Positions 49,858 to 63,940 of a DNA stretch of 64,000 nucleotides are shown piece after piece; within the stretch, counting starts at the first letter, position 1, and each line of letters starts with the position of its first letter. Under the pieces are notes generated by a model that was not told the DNA's origin, did not search any database, and saw only the letters and a list, made by a program, of their open reading frames with translations. The DNA is from Marsupella aquatica (taxonomy: Eukaryota; Plantae; Marchantiophyta). The stretch covers positions 8,681,875-8,745,874 of the forward strand of contig OZ316891.1 in assembly GCA_973895155.1 (NCBI GenBank), in the 5' to 3' direction. Both the position numbers and the translations under genes were made by a program.

Positions 49858-51334
49858 TCAACTTGCCAAAAGGTTAGAGTAGCTTTTACTGGTGTCCGGG
49901 TAGGTTTTACTCCCCTCAACGCTGTTGATGGCTTGAAAAGGTTTCGGTTTGGAGGTTCTTGTTTCAGGTAGCGTGGTTTTCAAATTGATGAGCATTCTGC
50001 TTTTGCGTCATTCTGGATTTCATGCTCAACGGAAGTCAGATTGGCGAAGTCCCCATGAAGCTTGGAATGGCAAGAGTTCAAGGCCCTTGAAATGTGCTCT
50101 GGCAATTTTAAAAGTTACCGGTTTGAAGCATGATGGGAAAGGGTGCGGAGAAGGTAGCTTTTTGTTCCATGAAGTGTAGACGAGTAAGACCTTCGTGGTT
50201 CTGGTTTGATTTACTGCTTTCATAGTTTCTGGCCCATGGAAGCTAGTTTTTGCAAGGACTGATTTTGAGCCACCTCTTTAAGGATGGTTAGGTTTAATTG
50301 TCACACACTTGGAGGCCAGTTATGGCAAAAGTGGTGGTTGAATTGTCAAGAAGGCTGGTACTGGGGGCTGATAGTTTGCAGAAGGATTGGGTATGAGTTT
50401 CGAACCCAATTGTCATCACTCGAGAAATAGTTGCAACGGCAGGTTTAGAGATGAATATGAGACCTCATTATACAAACAGAAACTCTCTCAGCCAGTTGGA
50501 GAATCGTAATGGTTCCGTCCTGAACAGTTTTGTTTTGAATTCATCATTTTTGTCTCTCTGGTTGTCGGAATAATTTCTGTATGTCTTAAAATATATGTCG
50601 TAGCTGGGCAGTCTCGCATAGTACCGAAGTTCAAAAGAAGTTCGTATAATGTGTTCAATTGTTCCCAGCAGTAGTTGAGCGCCAATTGTTTGCTTGAGAG
50701 ATGCGCCCGTATTCACTGGAATGTGGGATTCAACTTCTTCATCGGCTGTCCTGTTCTTTTAAGGTCTTCACAAGGTCTTGCATCTGTCCAATTATTTACA
50801 TTTCTTTGATTGTGCACGAGGAGTTACATCCCCGTCAGTGTCGGAAGGGTGGCAGAGTGCCTTCAATTTATGTGGGCAGCATTACGATTTTGAAGTAGGA
50901 AGTTAAGTCTAGGGCACTGCGGATGCTTGAAGAAGCTGGTGTTTCATGAGCAGCTAAACGAACTAATCCGCCATAACTCGTGGCAAGACTTAAATGTCAA
51001 GGTTCCTCATCGTTGCGAACGAATACTTTGAAGGCAAGCTTTGAAGAAAGGACCATCTCTGTTGTTGATAGAATTGTCGTCCTGTAAGTTGGCTCCTGTA
51101 CCCAGAACTAGGCTTTTTTTTCAAATTCTATTCCATCCCAACAAAGAGGTCTCCATGTCTTGCATGTAGGCTGCCTTCCTTTTACGGCCCTCAGTTCTCC
51201 CTAAACTGCTGGTGGACGCTTCACTGGACCCAGATTCAGATTTCACAGGTAGAGATCTCAAGGGTCTCGAATGTTTCTCGCCTTTCCCTTTGGATCTCCA
51301 CTTTGACTGCTGGCAGGTCTGCCTCAGGAGAAGG

Positions 51335-51655
51335 TCTATAATATTGATGTGGGGAGCTCAGTTTGCTTCAAGAGAGGTGTAAGGCATGAAATTCTCAGTC
51401 TATAATAGGATGCGAGAAATTTAGCTAGGGCCACAAAAGCAGGGCCGTAAATTCATAGTCTATAATATTTGATGTGGGGAGCTCAGTGTGCCTCAAGAGG
51501 GGTTTAAGGCATGAATTTCTCAGTCTATAATAGGATGCCAGAAGTTTAGCTTAGGGCCACAAAAGCAGGGCCGTGAATTCTCAGTCTATAATATGATACT
51601 AGGAGCTCACGGCAAAAGAAAGGCCATGAAATTCTGAGTCTATAATGTGATGTCA
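51335..51655. repeat. Tandem repeats built on a ctcagtctataat motif (~124-bp higher-order unit)
   Basis: gtctataat recurs six times; gggccacaaaagcagggccgt and gatgtggggagctcagt are duplicated. Confidence 0.8.
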
Positions 51656-53631
51656 GGAGTTCAGTTTACATGCAAGGCAGTCCGGAGTTCAGTTTACACG
51701 CAAGACAGCCCTTAGAGTGCTTTCTAGTACACTCCTGCCTGTGAAGGTCAAACAGGACTGGGGTGGCAAGGGTCACTCACTAGCGCATATGGGAGCTGCT
51801 TTTACAAAATCTCACTTATTTATTACAGTTTTTTAGACATTTCTGACCAAAATTTGAAAGTAGAATTCACATCGGACTCACAAAAACTTAGAAGATGAAA
51901 CAATCCATGAGCACCAGTGATAATGCTTCATTGTTTCCAGTAACCTCTAAAAATATCTCAAAGGCCAATTGAAAAACGATACCAATTAAAATCGTTCCTG
52001 CAGATCTCTTGTGATCCATTTAGACTTACAATAAGAGAATAGTTGAGAATACCAGAAAATCCACATCTCCCATGATTCAAATTGGACTTTCATGGGAGAA
52101 TGATCAGGCCTATCTAGACAATGATCAAACATGGTAGAAAGTGGAAAAGCTGGAACCACTGGATATCATAACATTTTTACAATGAAACAATTTCCAAAAA
52201 TTCTCTCATACCCCAAATTGAGATCATTTCTAAATGAATTAATTCCAGGACCCCTTGGTTATGTAAGTTTGTCTGATTGAAGTATTTGGACCCATAAATA
52301 GATGAGGGGACAAAGATTCAATGAAGATTCTAAATTGGTTATGTAAGTTTGTCTGATTGAAGTATTTGAACCCATTTGAACCCATGAGAGTTACACATTG
52401 GAATAATAGATCAGAGGACAAAGATTCAATGAAGATTCTAAATGAAGGGAATTTGAAAGGTAGTTAAGGCAATTTCATTGAAGACAAATAGGAATACATT
52501 TGTGGGAATACCTAGGGTAACTATGCATGCAAACCGTTTCCCTTAGTACCTCTATGACTATACAATACATGTAACATTCCATATAATTCATACAAAAGAT
52601 TGCTTTGTCCATAGTAGTTGAAAGGTCTTAGGATCCCTTGGTATTCCTCTACCCATAGTAGCTATAGTAGCTATGGTGTTTCTTATCTTTGTTTGTCATT
52701 CTTCTATCCATAGTAGTCAAAAGGTCTTTTAAATTACCTTGGTAAATTGTTAGAGAAGTTGAAAAAAAATTGGGTTTCTTATGCTACCTTGGTAAATGTA
52801 AAAATAGTTAAAGAGTTTCTTTTTACTTGTCATTATTTCAAAAATATGTAAATTAAATGGAAAAATGAAACAAATTACCAGGAAACCCTGATATATCAAT
52901 TATAAATCATCCAAAGATTTTGTTTTTTCACCCTATTTACCCTTTCCTTTATTTACTTGAAATGTTATTTTTTCAAGTTTTCAATGTTTGTACACTGGAG
53001 GGTCTAGCAATTTTCTTTGTCTTTTCTCAAACACAAATAATCAAATTTTGTTCTTTTTACATAACTAATGATTCTTGTATGTGACGAATCATGCTAATGT
53101 GTTGCACCTGCATCCAAGAATTTTGGAAATAAATTTCCAAAGTTAGTAACTAAACTATTTCCAAAATTTCCCATACCCCAAATTGAGACCATTTTTAAAT
53201 TTCTAATGATCCAAATTTGGAAGTTGAAGCCACCGTGAACTCCACTTTTACCAAGACATTTGGATAAAGTTTTACAGCCTTGATGGACTGCAGCAAAAGT
53301 CTCTTTTTCTCACATATGGACATATTACATGGATGAGTAAATTGTAACTAGTGAGATACTCATATGGGAATTTGTGTCTATATTGGGCTCATTGGAAAGA
53401 ACTGCCAAGCTACTTTCTATTTCATTGGAAAGGGAGAGGTAGAGGGCTGTTCAATGTCAAAGTTAGTTGATCAAAACCGTGTGGAAGCACAAAGTGTGGA
53501 CAGTGAATAAGCAAGAAATTCCTAACTTCATCAAAAACGTTTGGAATCACTAAGTGTGAGAGATTGAATAACCAAGAAATTCAGAGCTCTATCAAAACTG
53601 TTTGGAGGCATGCAGTGTGGTCAGTGAATAT

Positions 53632-54012
53632 TCCAGGAAATTCATAGTTCTCTCAACTTTTCATAAAAAGTGCTAAAAATTTCATAGCTCTCGCTATACC
53701 AGGAAATTCATACTTTTCTCAACTTTTCATAAAAAGTGCTAAAACAGCTCTCTCAATCCTTCATAAAAACTGACAATATTAACAAAGAAACAAGCAGATC
53801 TGTTAAATATAAAGGGAGATTTTGAAGGTTCTGACATTGAAGGCTTAAATATCAAGGGAGACAATGAAGTCTAATTTTGCACTTAAAAGATTCGAAGGGT
53901 GTCAACACCCTTGAACATGTAAAGGGTGTCACTGTCCATGGGGTTACATGAGATTCAAAGGTTGTCAACACTTGAACATGTAAAGGGTGTCACTGTCCAT
54001 GGGGTTACATGA
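53632..54012. repeat. Two short tandem duplications (~66 bp and ~62 bp)
   Basis: ccaggaaattcata..ttctc.aacttttcataaaaagtgctaaaa occurs twice; cttgaacatgtaaagggtgtcactgtccatggggttacatga occurs twice. Confidence 0.8.
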
Positions 54013-54757
54013 TTCCCGCTTGAATTTCTCCAAAAATGGATGTCATGTAAGAATTCTTCAAGCATGTCAAAATGGGTGACAGTACTCCCGAGTTTTAGGC
54101 AAATCTAACAGTTCTCGCGATCAAAATTGTATTGAACTTTCGGAAAGCTAAACCGAAGGACAAATAGCACCTCAGGTGACGTCTCTGAATATCTCATAAT
54201 CCAGTGACCTTACAATGTAGGAAAAGTTAACTTAGATTGAGGCCACTATCACACATGATTATGTTTGGCGGTTTCAGAATGAACAATGTGGGAAAGCTGA
54301 AACAGAAGTACATGTCACAGGATGTGAGATCCCCAATAATGCTAGTGCTTCCATTTGTAATCTTCAGGTGATGCACAGTCACATTGCAAGTACTGGAGAT
54401 CTAAAGATGCTTTCCAGTACTTTCCCAGAATCCTCTCGAACCGAAGTGCTGCAGGACCTCATCCCACCATGTCTGCCAACTCAATGGCCTGTACAAACTT
54501 GTTTCCTCTGTAACAGATCCGCGTCATGAAATCTTCAAAATCTTCGGCACCCTTCAGCCTGTCAAACCTGGATGACTGAAGCAATTGAGCGCCTCTCTGG
54601 TACTTCTCATCGAGTGACCACCAATGTTGACATTATCAACAGAATGGGTCTTGGGGATGTCTATGTACGAGCCAATATTCGAGGAGAAAAAAAATTCCTT
54701 GATTCGTGTCAATAGTTCGTGCAGCTTTCAATCAGGTAAACTCCCCCTTCAACTGCT

Positions 54758-57236
54758 CTATTGGATCTTGATCTCGAATGCATCTTCTGGCACTGTGAGA
54801 CTCTTCGGGAGTGTGAATATCAGAAAAGGACTCTTCAATTCTGCAGTGATCTTGTCACGCTCAACATCCTTCGGAAGAGTCACTCTTGCACTCACTGACC
54901 CGTTGCATCGAACAGGGATGTTGTTGAATCGTTCCTCCACAACATACCTTGCTTTGATGAGCATGTCGTTTGTCTCCACGGTCGAAGATATTTGCTCCTT
55001 CAAAAAATCATTTGCGATTACATGCAGCACGTAGGCATCTTCGTTCTGTGTGAAAGAGGATACACTCCCAAAAGGTTTCTCCAGATACGAATTCATCAAA
55101 CCAGGAGTGCTGTTGGAGTGAGCGAAATTCTGGCCTAGGTCCACTGCAGTTCTCTTGCGTCCCGATTTGACCGCAATGTTCACCTCTCTCTTATTAATAT
55201 CATCCACGTCTGAATGATCTCTCGGAGATAAAATAATCTCTGGTATAACAGAGTTTGGTTCTTCCTCAGACCTGACGATCGATGGACCTGACCCATTGGC
55301 CGATGTCTTTGCATCTTCAGGCATAGAGAGTCTGCGGGTGACTCTCCTTGGAGTAGAAACTGGAGATACATCCTGCCCACGACGACCTCCCTTCTTCTGG
55401 TTGGGAACACTGGGCTCTTGCTCGAAAGAAATTTTCTTCTGCTTTAAGTACACTTCAGTTGCCAGACACCAATTGGTCAACCACTTTCTCGTCTGGCTCC
55501 CTGCTTCGGGAGTCCCATAAAACCATGCAGTTCTCAAATCCCTAAACCCTGCCCGTCGACCATCAACCACATCCCACCCAAACCGTTTCAAAATCTGCCG
55601 GGCAGAAACAGCGTAAGCATCGTTCTCGTCATGCTCTCCAATTCCGCTATTTGCTGAAGACCAATTCTGATCATCCTTCTTGTCGGCGAAACTAGTCTGC
55701 GAGAAAATAGTACCTTCTTGAACGTTGCAATGGGGAATACCTCTATAAGCTTCAAAACTCAAGGCATCTACCAGAGAAGAGAAAGTTTTGACAGCAGAAC
55801 CAGTAACCCTCGGGGACTTGCACTTCCAAATGACTTCGCCTGTTTTCTTGTGACAGTTTTTGGTGATTATCCAGCCAGTAATTTTGAGAAGCTTCTCTGC
55901 AGCCTCCTCATTTTGGGCAGCTCTGCTTACATTGCTCCCCACCGGCGAATGAACATCAACCTGTTCGATGGGCACAGCATCGTCCGTGGCATTGAGATCC
56001 CCCTCATTCACCTCCGCAGCAGGTTTCGCAACTGCAGGAAATGCGTCTAATGGCTCTTGGATATCGAAAGATACGTTTGACCTTCCACCACCAAGGTGAA
56101 ACATATGAAGCCTCTCTTCATAACCATATCCCTTGGAATAGACAGGGAAGACAATATTATCCACATTCTCCTCATTTTGCCGGAATTTGTCGATGACACT
56201 AATCACAGCCAAAGGATTCTCGAAGAATTCAGACTCAATGGCAACCTCGGTGGATTTAGGCTCCCTGAAATCCGTTGCCGTCTCTGCTTGTTCCTTCTCA
56301 GCATTGCCCTGGCTCCGGCGTGAGTCCTTCTTAGAGCGCTTCTTTTTGGGCCTAACCACAGGGACGGGAGCACATCCTTTCAAGCTCCAGTTCCCAGTCT
56401 CTTCATCCCATTCCTGTCCGATCCTCATCAACTTCACGCTCATCTTGGAGACGTCATCCTCCTCAGGGAAGAAAACGTCTACTTCGGACTTTCGAGTTAT
56501 CTGGGCCACGTCCACGACATTTACTGTGGTGGTGATGTTCTCGGCCAGTATACCCTCCCACCAGGCATCCTCATAGAAGCAGTCCACCCAGACACCCTCT
56601 TGCCAAGAAATGGGTTGACTGCCTGGATGTGCAGGCGGTCGAGGCCTAAGGACGGGTCTAAGAATCGGCCTGATCTTCTTCGGTGTGCCTTTAGACGGAA
56701 GGGTCCCCATCAAGTTGTCCCCATCTGAAGCCCTTCCCACAGGAATCAGCTCTCTGAGGTTTGTCTTCTCGTCTGCCTCGAGGAGCTCTTCGTACTCGAC
56801 CCTCCGCATGCGCTCGAGCACCTCCACCACCTTGGCAGGGTGCCAGGAGCCCCGCAATCCCTTTTCCCGCATTCTTACCTGTTGCGACAATTTTGCCAAT
56901 TAGTCCTTCCAAAGCGCTCTGGAGTAATCTAAAACTCCCTCCAGCATATTTGTGAGGCACACCATGAAAGTAAAAATCTAAAAGCTCAGACCCAAAATTA
57001 TGCTAAATCAACGAAAGGATGGAAAGATTGCCCAGAACAGAAATCGAATTAAAGATAATTGAAAGCTCTGAAGTTGAGCACGGTAAAATTGGGTTACAGA
57101 GTTTTTCGTGATGGAAGTTGTAGGCAATGAGCTATAGTAAGCACTAGTCAAGACGGACCTCAACCAGATCGCCGACAACAAATCGTCTGGGGCCGTCTGT
57201 ACCGGCAAGGCTTTCCACCGTTGCCACATTCTCCAT
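54758..57236 (-). CDS. Agenet/Tudor-domain protein with two IDM1-like (DUF7028-like) modules and a C-terminal alpha-crystallin (HSP20) domain; exons 57236-57159, 56878-54758
   Basis: RFVVGDLVE|VRMREKGLRGSWHPAKV..VEYEELL..LRPRPP and WQEGVWVDCFYEDAWWEG..VFFPEE..MRIGQEWD form tandem Agenet domains. AEKLLKITGW..CKSP and ARQILKRFGW..FYGTP are the two middle modules. The C-terminus reads NEDAYVLHV..LKEQI..VTLPKDVERDKITAELKSPFLIFTLPK..EIKIQ. Confidence 0.85.
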
Positions 57237-58512
57237 GGCGGCTTCTGTAGCCGCTATTCGACAGCCTTCTGATTCAGCTGAGGTTTGTACAATCCTTCCT
57301 TCCCTGAACTTACCTACCTATCGTAATGTCAACCGGAGGCAAGCTCCATCCACCTCTTGCAGAGGACCATCCTAGTGAATGGCGTGGACACGCGAAGTTA
57401 GAGACGGACCGAGAAGAAGAACCACATTGAGACAACATCTAGGGAAACAAAACAGGTACTCAGTTCACATGATATGTAGAATCGACACAGCAACTCACCT
57501 ACACGTATTACGCGCACATTACAGCCACTGTCCATCATCAACCTTGCAGAGCAGTTTCAGCTGACGGGAACTAAGCGCTTGCAGGGGCTTTGAAGGAACA
57601 CTGGGGAGGCCGTGGACGTCATTCCCTTGGTCCCAAAGCTGGTCGCATGTATGCCTTGCTGCTGTTTCTACCACCCTTGATACTCTTCACTCCTTCACCT
57701 CAGCCTGCCTCCCCCGGTCTTTTCCAAATGTCCTCTTGACTTCAACTTCGTTACTAGAAATTGCCTGAACATCCTTTCCATCAGTTTTAGAGCCAGGCGA
57801 AGCTTGTACCTTAAACCCTAACCCCTAGCAGTCCAAGAACAGATGTTCCGTATAGCATTCGTTGATTACGCCGAACACATTTCAGCCCAAAGTTGAAGCC
57901 GCCGTAGATTAGAATCACGACATAATGATTGATGAAAGATGATTAAAACGCCGTGTTCAAAAGACCTAATTCCAGCTGCACTATCAAGCACCTCATCTCC
58001 TTCATCTCCGATTTCTCTATGATTTCATGCTCCCAGCCTGTAAGATCCTCGGGAAATTCAATTCAGACCAGACAATTCGTCCGCAATTCGAAGGTAGCCA
58101 CAGAGGGAGGACCGACGATAAACCCCGACGAGCTGGTTCCAACGTCGGACATCAATAGCACAAGAGCCTAGAGCGAATTGAGCGCAGAATTGTGGGGACT
58201 CTCGAGTCTCAAATCTCGTCGATCACTGTGAAGCATTTCGTCGTCTTCATCGACAAACACCTGAATTCTAATTCGAACGCTGCAAAAGGATCGGCACACA
58301 AAACTGCAACCTCGCACCGCAATACCACAAAAGCTTGCAACGATAGAGAAGAGAAGAGGAGAGAGTGTTGTCAATCGTCGTCGACCAAACTTGGAATCGT
58401 AAATTCCATTACACTGTTTTCTGTTGCTGCTCTAGAAGATTCATGAAAGCTTCAAAAACCCCTCCTGCCTTGTGCACGAAAAGATGTTCACATGGACACA
58501 ATGTGGAGTGGC

Positions 58513-58897
58513 TTTGGTCAGTTTGCTAAAGGGCATGAGCCCAGTTGGCTCTTGAGGGCATGAGCCCAGGACAGAGAGAGGTCCCAGGTTCAATCCCCAT
58601 ATGCAAGGGGTGTGGACTGTAAAAGCTTCAAAAAACCATCAGGCCTTGTGCATGAAAAGATCTTCAGATAAACAGTCCCCTCCAATGCAAGGGGTGTGGA
58701 TTGTGGTGAAAGCTTCAAAAACACCATCCCGCGTTGTGCATAAAAAAGGTGTTCCTATGAACACAATCAGAAATGTTTTTGGTCAGTTGGCTCCAGGATG
58801 AGCCTAGAACAGAAGGTCTGAGGATCACACTCCTCCATAGGCAAGTGGTGTGAAGGGTATATCTGTGGGTGGGGGTTTTAGTAGTGGTGAGAGTCTT
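58513..58897 (+). mobile_element. Further copies of the tRNA-like/SINE-like repeat seen at 841
   Basis: tttggtcagtt...cagagagaggtcccaggttcaatcccc..atgcaaggg.tgtgga, and tttggtcagttggc...cctagaacaga.ggtc...agtagtggtg.gagtc. Confidence 0.5.
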
Positions 58898-59352
58898 AAT
58901 TACGGACTCCCACGGGAAGTTCCTTCCAAAAAAATCCCTGGAAATAATTTTTGGAATAACGATGGGTAGAAAGAAACTCTTCCACTAGTGTAACATTTGC
59001 CAAGGTAATGTAAGAAACCATTTGGTTACTATGGAAAAAGGAACACCAAGGGAACATAAAGAAACACTTTGAGTACTATAGATAAAGGAATATGAAATGA
59101 ATGTAATTAAGAAACCCTTTGGCTTCCATAGCATTTTGCATGAACCTTTTGGACAAATGAATACCAAGGTAAATTGTGCATGCACTTCTTCCATAAATAA
59201 TCTATTTGTTTTTTCTCTCATCTCCATATTCAAACCTATTCCAATATGCAACTCTTCATCTGTTCTAACTTAGTTGTTGAATAATATCAAACTTATATAA
59301 CCAAAGGGTACTCAAACTAATTCTCTTCAGCCCCTAGCTAGTTTACCCTGGT

Positions 59353-59354
<2 letters not shown>

Positions 59355-59400
<46 letters not shown>
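59355..59400. repeat. (CT)n microsatellite
   Basis: About 23 CT units. Confidence 0.95.
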
Positions 59401-59403
<3 letters not shown>

Positions 59404-61809
59404 ATTGTCCCCTTGTGACATCCCTACTCTAATCCCTGTATCCTGTAAAAAAACATACAAGGGTTAGGGCTAATGGTCAAATGAGCCTATCCTGTAAAAA
59501 AACATGGGCTGATGGTCAAATGAGCCTCCAATGACCCTGAATCCTCTTAATAACATACAAGGGCTGATAGTCAAGTGAGCCTCTACTGACCCTGCATCCT
59601 CTGATAATACATAGGGGTTGATTTTAAAAGAATGGTTCCGCCCCCCCCTGGCCACTATCCCTATATAAATGGTGGTTGGTATCCCTCTATCTCTAAATAT
59701 CCCTAAACAAATGTCAGCTTCCATTTTCACAACCCTGAGTTCCATATCTGGAAGGAATGGCAACTACCTTTTTTTGCAACCCTAATCACCATGCTTGGTA
59801 GGAATGGAAGCCAGGAGACAGACCTCTATCTTGACCTCCATTCTCGTATAAGTTAAAGATGCTTATTGTCTAGGCTTCAAGTATGGACATAGCCTGTGCC
59901 AGGTTCCCTCTATTGGATCATGTACTATTTGACCAGATGTCACAAGATTATGGATATGCTTAGGATTTTTAATTTACATATGACAACCTATCCCTTTGGA
60001 GCCAGTAGAGGTCAAAGACGCCAGGGGGAGCTGTTGGTAACTGAAATCATTTGGGGGCTCTTCGAATTTCTAGGTCTCCAAATGATGAGCTACATCTTGG
60101 GCTTAGAAGTGGCCCTAATTGTTGAAGATGCTCTAACTTGGATATACATTCAACTTTGGAGTTCCAAAAGTGGCAACTGAAGCCCACATTGAGCTAAACT
60201 TTTTTTTAAATGCTTAGATGGACCAACACAACCACTAGGATTGCAAAAAATATATTTTTTGTACTCAGATAGCAGTTCACTTTGTAAAGAAGTACACATC
60301 TTTTTAGTTTAAAAGTGATCTGGTCAATCCAGGATGCAAATTGTGGGAGTGGTCCATTCTAGCAACCATTTCTCAATATGATCACTTTTTAATATTTTTT
60401 ATGATAATCCCTTGGGTGAAAAATGTATTCTAGTTTATTATTTATAAGCAAAATATTGTCAATAGTAAATGAGGTTCATCACAAACAGTTATAGAACAAA
60501 AGTAACATGACCACATTGACAATCTACCTTCATTGAACATGTGAATTGTGAAAAAGTCCCAGGTTGGGAGTGGAAAAGTTGCATAATCACCATAATGGCA
60601 CCTGGATAATCTTATGGCCCAAAACATACCTGTTGTCCGATCCATCAGCCAGGGGACGCTTAGATCGAACCATAATGACACTTCATAAGCACACTATGAT
60701 TAAAAAAGAACAAAATCACTTAATACAAAATAGTAACGTTGGAAAAAAGAGAAGCAAGACCCCTGGATATAAATGAAGGTTTGGTCCATTCTTCAATAGT
60801 TCAATAGACCAATAACTAGTCTCATAAATAGTTGTAGTTAATGTGTGACCCAAATGGGCAAATGGCACTACGGTCTACGCCACTACAGTAGTAGTGTGGT
60901 ACAGTAGGTACTCCTCTATTTAATGTGCAAATGAGAACCAGGCCCCATGGGCCATGGCACTAGGTACTAGGTACTAGGTACTCCTGAGGTCCTGCCCATT
61001 ATGGCATTATCCATCATATCTGCTTCGGGCGGGCCCCATCGTCATGCTAACTCGCCGTACAAGTAGTGGGCCCATGACACCGAACGGCCACTTCAGATTC
61101 GCACGGGGGGAATCTACGCGACTGTGATGGCAGAGCTTTTCCGGAAACACGAACAGTCGTGTCTGCCTCTGCAACAAACTAGACGTACCAGAATTCTGAG
61201 ATGTACTTTGTCTCTATTTGTGATCCCGCCGTGATGTCATTTCCGGGTCAGGTATTTGTTTTGTGCAATTGCGCTGTGATAGGGTTACGGCTCTAGTACC
61301 GTAGTACCCAAGTTGATTCGCGGTCTTGGGCCGCGAAAAGTTAATTATTAAATGTACTCTCGAGCTGCCACAATTTGACGGCAGAATTTCCCCGACGTAA
61401 ATAGAGTACTTGCATCTCGAGTTTTGGCGCGATAGTTTGGCGGAGCTCAGCCGTTGGAGTTTTTTGCCTGTTTTCAGGTTTAGTGCGTTTTGCTTTGTTA
61501 AAGTAAGGGTGTCGGTTATATTGTTGTAGTTTTTACTGCGCAACGGGTAAAACTTTGAATTACGTTTGGCGCGGGGTGTAATACTAGACATACTTGTGAA
61601 GATTTTTCTTCGCAATATTTCTGGTTGATACTCTGGATAGGTTAGATTTGGTTTCTTAACCTCTAGATAGATCTTCTAGTGAGTGTTTCCTCTTTTCCGG
61701 AACTTTTTCCGAAGTACTGTGGTCTTTATTACAGAAACCTTTTGTAAGATTCTTGATGAGTGAGATGGATTTTAGCTTTCTCCGCTGAGGTGTGATTTCC
61801 ATAACGAAT

Positions 61810-63940
61810 ATGGCTAGACGTAGTATTAACTACTGGGAAACGGAGGAATTAAGGCGTAATCGGGAGTACCGGGAGAATCAGGAGTTTCGGCAGCATCGCG
61901 GGTACAATCAGCAAGCTAGGTCACTTCCACAACAAACGATTCGCAGTCAGGAGTGGAATCGAGAAGTTCACAATAGAAATTAGTCTAGAGATGTTGATTT
62001 GAACACGGTCAATTCTATCAACTACGAGGTACATGATCGTCGGCCTGTCGAATTCAAGGAGGAGTTGAATCAACCGGACTTTACCAAGGCATCTTTAGCC
62101 CCAGGAGTTCTCGAATCATTGAAGGAACAATTCTTCAAGGATAAAATTGTTCTATGTTTTGAAGGGGTGGTTAATATCCGACAAGCGGAACTGTGGATAG
62201 ATTTGTACAATCAACAGCATATACATCAGTTGGAAATCTTTGAACCTTTAGCAAATGCGCTTTTTGTCATTTCGGTTATCGATACTGATCCTGTTAAAAC
62301 AGTACAAGCATTGATTCTTTCGTCTCCCCTCATTCTGGCTGAGTTCCAGCATAGTCGTGCTCTACAGGCTAATCTTTCGGGTAAACCTCTTCACATTGAA
62401 GACCGCCAGGTGTCGATTAATGAGTTCTCTCCGAACTTCAACCCAGAGAAGCCAGAGAATTTCAAATATCTAGTTACCATTAAAGTCGCTAAGGCCAATC
62501 ACCTTTTATACATGATTATTGATTCGGTATTTCAGAAATTTGGGAAGATTACGCGGCGACATGTCAGTGAAGGAATTGATAAGCACAGTATCATTATCCT
62601 TCTGGAGACTAAATATCGTCAGTGGACTTCATCCATCTTATTTCAACTTAGCGCCACAGAGGAGACTACCATACAATTTGAGGTCATTGATAAGCAATTA
62701 CGGTGTCAACTCTGTTTCTCTCCCACACATTTGGCGGACCGGTGCTATCAAGGGGACGGAGGGGTGATCAGAGGAGGTCAACAACGATATCAAGGATCGG
62801 TACAGGGGCCGCAACGAGACCTCTCCCAACGCAACGAAGTGATCCGAAGGCCGATACAGAAGTTCAGTTGGAGCAGTGCAGTCAACACGGGGAATGCGCA
62901 GTATACACAGCAACTGAGAAACAATTGTCCGGAGATCCAAGAGTGGACTAAAGAGCGGCTGATAAGTCAGATCTGCGAAATTGTCCAGTGTCTTCAAGTA
63001 CATTTGCTCCAGAATTGGCTATCAATTTGGCTATCAAGCAGGCTCAGAGTTTAGCCCCCTTCATACTTGAATAAGAAGAAGGAACGTTTGGATAAGGAAA
63101 AAGAGAAGGATAATCAGCCCGAGGTTAGTCATTCAACATCCAAATGTTCATCACATATTCAGCGGAACACTAAAGTAGTGAGTAAGCAGGAGAAGGAGTT
63201 CAGAGACGCACAAGCCTTGGCACTTCGGGAGTGGCAACAAATACAGGAGGTGGAACTCTTGAAAAAAGAGAATCTATCAATTTTGGAAGAGAAAAATCAG
63301 CAGTCTTAAGGGGAAGGCTGTTCAAGAATTGATCACTCCTAGTAATCCTCAGAGCTTTCGCGGTGTTTGTGAATTACTCCCCATACAGGAGACTAACTCA
63401 CTCACAGAAACAGGAGATACTCCTCTGCATCCTAACCTCTTGTGCACTCCGAATCTGAGTGGAATTTTTCCGATTGATTTTGAAGGGATTCCAGCTTCTC
63501 AACTATTCTCTCATCTCCAAGAGTTACACAAGAATATTACTGAGAGGTTAATTACTCTGGCGGGACCAGATACAAAGTCCTTGGAAGTTCCTGTGAATTT
63601 GGTGGGACCATTGGGTACTTTCACATCGGTGAAACAATCGTTAGCAGGCAGCCCTGATTTGGTGGCAAAGCAGTCGCTAGTGGGAAGCCCTGATTTGGTG
63701 GTAAAGGGTTTGTCACTTAAAAGAGGGAGAAAAAGTGCGGTAGCATCTTCATCTCAGATCAAACCTTCTCCTAGGACTCGTCGTCATCTGTTTAAGCATT
63801 TGCCAATTGAAGGTGGAACTAATCAAGTGGGTAGTACATCTTGTCAGATTCCGAGCTCGGGATCTCCTTTTATCCCTGATTCTCAGGTCTTGGTTACTAC
63901 ATCTGATAAGATCACCAAAGAACAGTTACCATCTCAGTAA
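61810..63940 (+). mobile_element. Degenerate non-LTR (L1-type LINE) ORF1
   Basis: A DUF4283-like region (KIVLCFEG..EPLANALFVI..LILSSPLIL) is followed by the zinc knuckle CQLCFSPTHLADRC. ORFs 61792, 61999 and 63067 are in one frame split by TAG stops, then a frameshift follows. ORF2 would lie beyond the window. Confidence 0.7.

Noticed and set aside
54460-54620. Extra coding exon downstream of the Agenet gene
   Set aside because: The main exon already ends in a stop after a complete ACD, and no convincing splice path was found.
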